Part shown: in pieces, positions 55,096 to 64,000 of the stretch
Position numbering within the stretch: the stretch's first letter is position 1
Layout of the letters: the number at the start of each line of letters is the position of its first letter
Assembly: GCF_006345805.1 (NCBI RefSeq)
Contig: NC_043009.1
Coordinates: 48,484,001-48,548,000, forward strand
Length of the DNA: 64,000 nt
Direction: 5' to 3'
From: Octopus sinensis
Lineage: Eukaryota
The notes under the pieces: generated by a model
The model's database searches: none
Seen by the model: only the letters and a program-made list of their open reading frames with translations
Told to the model about the DNA's origin: nothing
Made by a program: the position numbers and the translations under genes

Positions 55096-58000
55096 AATAT
55101 ATATATATATATATATATATAAAGTGTAAGACTGTCCGGTGCATATGTGCGACTTTCATGCACACGAACCCTCCATTTATACGGACATGCATGTTTGTAT
55201 ATGTGCGGGTGTAGGTGTGTGAAAGGAGGATATGTATATATATATATGTGTATGTATACGTATATATGTATGTGTGTGTGAATGTATGTCTGTAAATATA
55301 TACGCATATATATATGTATAAATGTCTACATATATATGTATTATGTGACGTGTATGCATGTAATCAACTATGTGTATATGGGGATGAGCGTGTGTATCTA
55401 TATGTATATGTACCAATATATAAATCTGTATGAACGTGTATATGTTCGCATGTATGCATGCATGAAGGTATGTGTGCATGAATGCATGTGTCTATGTGCG
55501 TATGTATATATATATATATATACGTGTGTGTGTGTGTGTGTGTGTGTATTTATGTACGCGTGTACGCATGCATACATTTGTAAATGTTTTCCCATGCGCG
55601 TATACGTCAGGCGCACTATGTGAAGTTTTAATAGTGTGTTTGAGCGTATGTGTGTGATAGTGGGTATGGTCACATCCTACAAATAAACACACATATGCAA
55701 ACATATTTGCAAACATGCATCTATATTAATATCTTTTTCTCTTTTTTTTTGTTTTATAGAAGAGTACACATGACCTCGTGAAAACGTAAAAGATTAAAGA
55801 GAATTTCCACTTGCTGTTTGATATCCACTAGACTGCTCAACATCATAAATTTCGCAACGCTTAGTTACTTACATAAGATAGCCTTATATATATATATATA
55901 TATATGTAAATTGGCATGCACTCGTATAATGTATATATATATATATATATATATATGCATGTGTGCTTCTATATATGTCCATTTACTGTTTTACATCAAT
56001 GGCTGGCATGTTTTATTTATTGAACATTGGTTTGTTTTCTGTGTTTTTTTATATTTCATTTCTCTTGGACATTTACATATTGTTGGAGAGAATGCTGCTT
56101 TGTATATTTGTTTAATTTCATTTTTATTTTACAGTTGGTTGGTCTTGTTATTGCTAGCCATTCAGCCGTGAAGTGGGGAGTCACATCTGGGCGAAGCGAT
56201 AGAGAAATGAGAGATTGCTGTACACATTGAAGCAGGCAAAGGACGATTCCTCGATATCCTATCCCTGGCTTAGTGAGACGCTAACCTGTTATGTATCCTT
56301 TGCACAAAATTCTTAACCGCTTGCCTGTCCTGTTTATCACACGTGATATGTCATGTGATGCGTACGACATATTTCGCTCTCATTCACGCATCATACATGA
56401 TATACATTCCCAAGTTTTCTCAATCACCAGATTAACTTGGGACATAAAAATGGAAAGCTATATATCACTCAGAACATATAAAACAACGGCAAAATAATTT
56501 GAAAACAACTATGGTGCTTTAGAACGAACTTATGGAAAAGCTCTGGACTGGCATCGGGTCAACTCTTTTCCGATCGCTCACTCCAGTTAAGGACGGACAG
56601 GTTGCTGTAGTAAACTTTCAGTCTAGTCGCGGCCATTTATCGTTAGAGGAGGCTTGAACTTCAAGATGTATTGTGTTCTTCGTTTTTCTATAGATGTGAA
56701 TTAAGGGGTGTCTGTATATCATATCTGATTTCGAGGGGCGATGATGTTACGAACAAATTTTACTAATTAAAAATAGTTCAGATCATCTTTCGGTTAACAA
56801 CTTGATAGTTGGGACTGATGATGCTACAAGCGACAGAGATTGCAAGCTGAAAATATTTTTGTACCTTTGTATGTATACATGCCATCAGAGTGTATAACAT
56901 CTGTGAAGTGTATTGCAAGCCTCATGGGACGTAACAGTTTAGGCTATGAAATCGCAGGCAAGGCGACTATCCGATGCCCAGTCGAGTATAAGGGCACAGC
57001 GACAAGTATGGAAGATGCTGACGTAAACCCGAGTGAAACTGATTGCTACTGCAATAAACTCATGCTCAGCCATTGCTGGCATTTAGCATAGACAATTATC
57101 AGTGACCGTTTCCCTGGATTATATATAATTCACTAACGGGTCGAAAAGTCGCAGTCACAACTACTGCTTTTTTAAAGGATTAATGTTTGCGTGTTGTATA
57201 TAGATGCATGTATATGTTTGTGTGTGAATGTCTGTGTGTGTGTGTGGTGTGGAAAAAAAGGGATTTATGTGAGCATAAATTCCTTAAAGCGTGTAGGCAA
57301 TGTTCAAGGGGAACAATTAGTGGTGTTAAGTTAAGTGACAAAGTCTAACAACACTAACAAGCCACAGCGAGATTTGAACTCAGATTGCATTAAGCCAAAT
57401 TGAATTCCCTAAAACAACACCTTGTCCGATTCTCTAACGATTCCGAGTCCGCCTGTCATGTACACTTCACTACTGAATAATTTGCTGACCCCTGAAGGTT
57501 AAAAGACAACGTTGACCATGGCAGGAGTTGATATTAGAACGCAAGAGGTTGGCATATCTACAACTAAACATTTCAGTCGATAACCCTAACAATGTTGCCT
57601 GTTCGTTGGGACAGGAAGGAACGGGGCCGCAGTTCATAAGCTGCTACAAACTTGGGTATCTTTTGCAGTTGCAAGAATGCGGAGGTTCTGTTCTAACGAT
57701 ACCTTACGTCCAACTTAATTCCACAAATCTCAGTCTCTTCCTTTAAGGATCTCGACAACCGTGTTAAAACGGCGACATTTGAGCTGCATTTTTAATCTTG
57801 GGGTAGATATGGAAGTCTGGAGGGGCTAAATCTAGTGAATAGGGCGGGTGTTAAGCATTTTGTCCGGCGTGATATCGATTCTGCAATCTTGCTACGTAAA
57901 TAATAATGGTGATGATGAGGATGATGATGATGATGACGACGACGACAGCGACGTTGATGATGATAATGGGGGAGGTGGAGGAGGAGGGGAAGGCGAGGAG

Positions 58001-59263
58001 GAGGTGAACGACCCGATGAACTGGTTATAACCAGAACGTCTTTTATTATGGATGTCATCAATAAAGGTTTATATGATCGTGGAGATAACTAACAGACAAC
58101 AAACACCAGAATGAAATCCACCCAGCCCAGAATATTCTACGGATTAATGTATCACAGAATTAACTATCACCAAGGATGTTATTATATCTTGGTTGTTATG
58201 TAGAATTTGACTGCTAAAATACAATAGTTGTTTTAAGGTTTTTACCTGTCGCTGCTTTCCTTTTACTACGATTCCATCGTTTTAAAACTGCAAATTTTAA
58301 AAATAGACGGCAGATAATTAGTTGCATTTCATGAGCGATTCTTTTTTTGTCTCTCTTCCCTGATGCGATTTTGTTTTAACATGTTGGCACCCGAGAGATT
58401 ATTAAATAAATGGATGTATTAATTTTCTGTCAGAAAGATTTTTCTGTTTATTTATTTAAAATTCAAATGACATCAACTGAAGAATTTTCATTCATTTTTT
58501 TTTTCTTTTTTTCCATTTCTCATTTAATTTTAAACTTTCGAGCTCCTTTGAAAATATTTTCAAATTATTATTACTATCATTATTATTAATATGGTTATCA
58601 TTATTATTGTTGTTGTTGTTGTTGTTGTTCTGGTTGCTACTTTTGTTGTATTTTGTAGTTGTTCTTGCCATTGTTGTTGTTGTTACTGCTGCTGCTACCG
58701 TTGCTACTACTGCTGCTGCTATTGCTGCTTCTGCTGTCGCCGCTGTTATTTCTGCTGCTGCTTGCCTCTGACTCATTCAAACATGTTGAAAATTTTCTCC
58801 GAGATTTCTTAATGTTTTTCAAATGTTCGTGAAGAAATGAAATTTCCTTTTGGATTTTATTTAAAGCAAAGGATGTTAGTGAAGATTTTGTAAGTCTACT
58901 TGTATCGGGGTAACATGACAAAGTGAAGTTTTCTTTCTTTTTTTTTTTGTTCTTACATAATTCCAGTTTTTCCTTCATAACTCCAAGTCAATAATAACTT
59001 CCTGTAATACGGAAACTGCCCTCAGAAGAAATTACTTCAAACGTTGAAAATTGGTTCCCAAACAGTAAAATCTCTTAAACATTAAAGGAAATAAAAAAAG
59101 CATAGAAAGCAAGCAAAGAATGACATTCATAAAAAAAACATACACACACATTTAACTAACTGGCACACCATCAGTTACGATGATGAGGGTATCAGTTGAT
59201 TAACAAAACAGCCTGCTCTTGAAAGTAACGTGAAAGTTACTGAACACTTCACAGACACACGTA

Positions 59264-59807
59264 CAGTCGTGGTTGAAAGTTTGGAACATTGTTTTAAAAA
59301 TTAAAATTGTTCTACCCAAATACAATTTGATTCAAATATATACATGGAGGCGCAAAGGCCCAGTGGTTAGGGCAGCGTATTCGCGGTTTCGATTCCCAGA
59401 CCGGGCGTTGTGAGTGTTTATTGAGCGAAAACACCAAAAGCTCCACGAGGCTCCGGTAGGGGTGGTGGTGATCCTTGTTGTACTCTTTCGCCACAACTTT
59501 CTCTCACTCTTTCTTCTGTTGGCCTGCTCACTTAGCCAGCGGGGTGGCGTCATTTGAAGGCTAAAACAATGCGAAGCGCATTGTGACCAGCGATATGTAG
59601 CAACATCTGATAGCCTGATCGGTCACGGTGATCACGGTGATATACAACGTAGAAATATATTTACTTGATAACTGATCCAATGGCTCAATATCTACAAGAA
59701 AAAATAGGCAAAATCAAAAACATAGTTCTAGACCAAATTGCTTCTTTTTACTAAACAGAATCTTGTCTAATTTTCAGACTTATGTTTCAAACTTTTGGCC
59801 ACGAGTG
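59264..59807. mobile_element. Tc1/mariner-type MITE with about 26-bp TIRs and TA duplication
   Basis: Left CAGTCGTGGTTGAAAGTTTGGAACAT vs right (reverse complement) CACTCGTGGCCAAAAGTTTGAAACAT; TA at 59262-63 and 59808-09. Confidence 0.8.
59346..59640 (+). mobile_element. SINE family C nested in the MITE
   Basis: Highly similar to the reverse complement of 10721-11013. Confidence 0.88.
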
Positions 59808-60069
59808 TATGCTTAACGTAGTTCTTAGAAAAATTCAGCGTGACATAGAATGTGACAACGCTGGCCCTTTCACTTACAGATACTCTTGTTTTTGTCAGCT
59901 GAGTGAACTGGTGTAAGAGAAAATACAGTGTCTTGTACAAGGACACAAAGCGCCACCAGGAATGAAACTCACGACCTTTCGATCGTGAGCCGAATGCTCT
60001 AACCACTAAGCTACGTTCCTTCCCACTATAGCATGATAAACACCACCTGTGAAGACAAAAACAACAATA

Positions 60070-60191
60070 GGCGTAGGAGTGGCTGTGTGGTAAGTAGCTT
60101 GCTTACCAGCCACATGGTTCCGAGTTCAGTCCTACTGCGTGGCACCTTGTGAGTGGTTATGGTTGACGGAAACTAAAAGAAACCTGTCGTA

Positions 60192-60246
<55 letters not shown>

Positions 60247-60460
60247 ACATGTTTGTGTGTCTGTGTTTGTCCCCCCAACATCGCTTGACAACCGATGCTG
60301 GTGTGTTTGCCTCACCGTAACTTAGCGGTTCGGCAAAAGAGACCGATAGAATATGTACTAGGCTTACAAAAAATAAGTCCTGGGGGTCGATTTGCTAGAC
60401 TAAAGGCGGTGCTCCAGCATGGCCACAGTCAAATGACTGAAACAAGTAAAAGAGTAAAGA
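60070..60460 (+). mobile_element. SINE family A
   Basis: Consensus head and tail, with a short internal deletion. Confidence 0.9.
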
Positions 60461-60964
60461 GTAATAACAAAAAGAAAACAACTGAAAGTATTATGACAAC
60501 TGAAAAAAATTATGAATACTAACAAAATCACTTTACTTGGTTTGTACTTTAAACCAAGGAAGATCCTCGATGTCAAACATTTTGGTGAAAGGAGTAAAGC
60601 ATTTGAACAGTGTTAGTAAGAATTTTGGTTTATGCTGTTTATATTTTGAATTTTGTTGGACAATATTCAATAAATTTTTGGAGGCTTGGTTTTCTATTTT
60701 GTTGGTTGCATACGTTGCAAGTTCTAAGCTCATGCATATTGAGATACTATTATTTTTCTGTTGCTGTTTCTTTTTGTTTTTTGTTCATTACATGTCTGTT
60801 CATGATATGATCTCTCTTCCACAAATTGTTTCCTATTCCGATATGTCCATAATTTTAAAATAGCAACCAGCATTAAGAAACAGGTTTTCTTCATTTCAGA
60901 TATCTACGGATTCAATATCATAGGTTGGATATTTGAACGTTGTGTCGCTCAAAATTAATCCTTT

Positions 60965-61175
60965 CTACTATAGGCACAAGACCTGAAATTTGGGAGGAGG
61001 GGACTAGTCGATTAAATCGATCCCAGTGCGCAACTGGTACTTATTTCATCGACCCCGAAAGGATGAAAGAGATAAGTCGACCACGGCGGAATTTGAACTC
61101 AGAACATAAAGACGGAAAAATGCTGCTAAGCATTTTGCCTGGCATGGTAACGATTCTGTCAGCACGCCGCCTAGT
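60965..61175 (-). mobile_element. SINE family B
   Basis: Reverse-complement consensus. Confidence 0.85.
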
Positions 61176-61539
61176 ATCGTTGTAAAATATGCATATCAGA
61201 CAGAAACGTATTCCACTTCGGCTCCATTTATGATATTTATATTTCAATTGCTAGACTTAGGAGGAAAAGCCTAGGCCTTTATTTAAATCGCCACCATTGT
61301 TCTCTAGTACCGGTTTATTTGATTCTGGTAATGACGTGCTTCGCATTTATATTTTTTAGTCCGGCATTTTTATGAATCAGATTCGAAGTACCCTTAATCC
61401 CCTATTTACCTTGGGTTGAATCTAACAGTGTCTATTTGTCATGTTTGTCACTTTTGGGTGGTGGGAAGTCAAGATCGGTCTGGTGTTGATATGGACCATA
61501 CTAATATAGTTTATTTTAAACGTGACATAAAATCACCAA

Positions 61540-61603
61540 CCACTACCAACCACCAACATCCACCACCACCACCGCCATGGCCACCACCACCTCCACCACC
61601 ACA

Positions 61604-61680
<77 letters not shown>

Positions 61681-61769
61681 TATCATTATTATTATCCTTA
61701 TTATTGTTGTTGTTGTTCTTATTATTATCATCATCATCATCATCGTCATCAACATCATCATCATCATCA

Positions 61770-61833
<64 letters not shown>

Positions 61834-61850
61834 CATCATCATTATTATTA
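61540..61850. repeat. (ACC)n/(ATT)n/(ATC)n microsatellite
   Basis: Directly visible. Similar (ATT)n/(AAT)n tracts lie at 695-763, 42822-42982 and 45263-45455. Confidence 0.95.
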
Positions 61851-62789
61851 AGATCACTTTAGCAATACTATTTTGGTTTTCTTGGGAGTTTTATATTTTC
61901 CGTTAAAATATTACCATCCTGACGGTGGCCATTTTTATTCTAAAATGAACCCATTATACTATTGTTATTGTTGGTATTGTTATTATCATTATTGATGCCT
62001 TGGTGTTATTTTTATAACTTCTCGTTTAGCATTTCTTCATTATATTTATCATATTGTTTGTTGTTTTATACCACATGTAATGTAATGTAATAACAAAAAT
62101 TAAAAATGCAAAGAAAGAAACAAGCAAAAGCAAAAATAATAATAATAATAATAATGATAATAAATGAATAAATAAAATTAAAGAAGAGAAAGAACTAGTT
62201 CGCACAGTGGGGAATCTAAAAAGACAACCATCACGCACTTGTGAATGAAACCAATTTTTCACCATTACTTCCAGTCAGCGACTTTTTTCAAATTTAAGAT
62301 CCCAAAACAAGCTCCCTCTCACATCATCTCACAACCCAAACCAAACTCGTCACCGATCAACTACCACCACCACCACCACCACCACCACCACCACTGTTAC
62401 AACCACCAACACCATCAGCTCTCCTTCTCTTCCTCCATGTTCCTCCGAACACATGAAGTGAGTATGCAACATAATTCATGGGTACTATTTCTTTTTCGAA
62501 TGCGTATAACGTCATCCAACAAGCGGTCTCACAGCAAAAGCTGTATCATTTTACGCTGTTCTGATTCGCGAAGAGCTTAACCAACTAGAAGATGGCAAGA
62601 GAGAGCTTGGCTACTTCAGTGACGTAAGGTTCAGCAGAGTTTTTACTTTCTTTTTTTTTTTCTGCATTTTTAAATTTTATTTTTATTTATTTATTTATTT
62701 GCCGAAGCGAGCAGAAATTTATTTTTTTCACTTCTTGTTTTGTTTTTCGTTGCAATTTTTATTTTGCGTCTTCAGTCGTCTTTATTTCC

Positions 62790-63120
62790 ATTTTCCGCCT
62801 TTCTTCCTTCCTTCCTTTCTTCCTTCCTTCCTTCCTTCCTTCCTTTCTTCCTTCCTTCCTTCCTTCCTTCTTTCCTCCCTCCCTCCCTGCCTGCCTGCCT
62901 TCCTTCCTTCCTCTCGTCCTTGCTTCCTTTTTCTTGCTTCCTTTTTCTTCCTTTTTTTCTTCTTTCTTTTCTTCTTTCTTTCTTTTTGCCTTCTTTCCTT
63001 CTTTCTTTCTTCCCTCGCTCATTTCTTTCTTTCTTTCTTTCCTTCTTTCCTTCTTTCTTTCTTCCCTCCCCCATTTCTTTCTTTCCTTCTATCTATCTTT
63101 CTTTCTTTCTTTCTTTTTCT
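62790..63120. repeat. Polypyrimidine (CTTC)n/(CTTT)n tract
   Basis: Directly visible. Confidence 0.95.
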
Positions 63121-63225
63121 GCTACTTCATAGTATTGGTCATCTTCTTCACACATATCCTCCTCTTCTACATCATCATTACTATCACCATCATCCTCCTC
63201 CTCCTCCTCATAATCATCATTATCC

Positions 63226-63256
<31 letters not shown>

Positions 63257-63579
63257 TGTCGTCGTCGTCCTCGTCGTCGTCATCATCATCATCATAATCA
63301 CCATTGGTATTGTTGTTGCTCTTACTACAACTGTTTACTACTACTACTACTACTACTACTATACTACTACTTGTTCCACTGCGTTGACAGAGGTAACCAC
63401 AATGAAGTACAACTTGTTCTCCTCACCAGACAAAAAATATAAAAACCAATAAAAAAAAACGAAACAAACCTCCAAACAGCAAAACAAAAAAAAACATAAA
63501 CACTCCCACAAATAAAAATAAACTCGACAAGCAAACACACTTCGTCTTTGTCATTATTGCAGGATCCCAATATTTTAGC

Positions 63580-63655
63580 ATCATCATCCTCATCATCACC
63601 ATCACCATCCTCATCATCATCATCATCATCGCCATCACCATCACCATCATCATCG

Positions 63656-63701
<46 letters not shown>

Positions 63702-63781
63702 TATCATCACCATCACCATCGTCATCGTCGTCATCATCATATGATCGTCATCGTAGTCATCATCATCATCATCACCATCAC

Positions 63782-63812
<31 letters not shown>

Positions 63813-63819
63813 GTCATCG

Positions 63820-63850
<31 letters not shown>
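63580..63850. repeat. (ATC)n-type trinucleotide microsatellite
   Basis: Directly visible. Confidence 0.95.
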
Positions 63851-63852
<2 letters not shown>

Positions 63853-64000
63853 CGACATTGTAATATCTCACACCACCATTGCAAACTTGCAAAAAACACC
63901 TCCCTCTCCCTTAATCTCTCCCTCTCCCTCTCTCTCTCTTTCTCAATCTCTCTCTCTTTCTCAATCTCTCTCTCTTTCAATCTCTCTCTCTCTCTCTCTC

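Larger units (their letters stand above)
59161..60021 (-). mobile_element. tRNA-derived SINE family D, split by an insertion (59161-59263 tail; 59808-60021 head)
   Basis: tRNA-like head on the minus strand (TAGCTTAGTGGTTAGAGC...GAGTTTCATTCC), core GTGTCCTTGTACAAGACAC, RTE-like tail; the halves rejoin at a duplicated TA. Confidence 0.75.

Noticed and set aside
56805-56845. CTGATGA-T-GCT aca AGC-GACA as a hammerhead
   Set aside because: GAAA is broken and there is no stem I complement; expected by chance.
56840-57091. 83-aa non-repetitive ORF
   Set aside because: It starts at TTG, has no recognisable motif, and its length is within chance expectation.
59950-60021. tRNA genes at SINE heads (also 59346, 10990, 7880)
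   Set aside because: They have A/B-box-like motifs but no complete cloverleaf, and they continue into SINE bodies.
62415-62465. Consensus donor GAA|GTGAGT with a possible upstream acceptor
   Set aside because: There is no linked exon or informative ORF; it is an isolated splice-like motif.
62699-63442. 247-aa F/L/S/H-rich ORF
   Set aside because: It is the product of the polypyrimidine and (ATC)n tracts.

Overview
AT-rich, microsatellite-saturated eukaryotic DNA with no recognisable intact protein-coding gene. The tRNA-derived SINE families, mariner, Penelope and R4-type debris and the extreme (TA)n/(ATC)n/(ATT)n load resemble an octopus or other coleoid genome; this is an inference, as no search was possible. 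Nearly all ORFs in the supplied track are microsatellite or SINE artefacts. Supported features: a full-length but dead mariner (19955-21229) with TIRs and TA duplications, other mariner/Tc1 derivatives, a Tx1/L1-type LINE 3' end, three R4/Dong-type LINE fragments, two Penelope GIY-YIG remnants, a 5S rRNA-derived copy and many SINEs of about four families. Most interesting signals: (i) short (TA)n-associated repeats carrying hammerhead-ribozyme-like cores, the best a near-intact minimal type I hammerhead at 46646-46690 (-) enclosed by a 49-bp inverted repeat; (ii) a phase-consistent chain of small + strand exon candidates (51 nt, 21 nt and a terminal exon, 14465-15990) followed by repeat-free UTR-like DNA; (iii) a three-level SINE/Tc1-MITE/SINE nest; (iv) two long foldback hairpins. 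All alignments and translations were done by eye, so boundaries are approximate unless stated.
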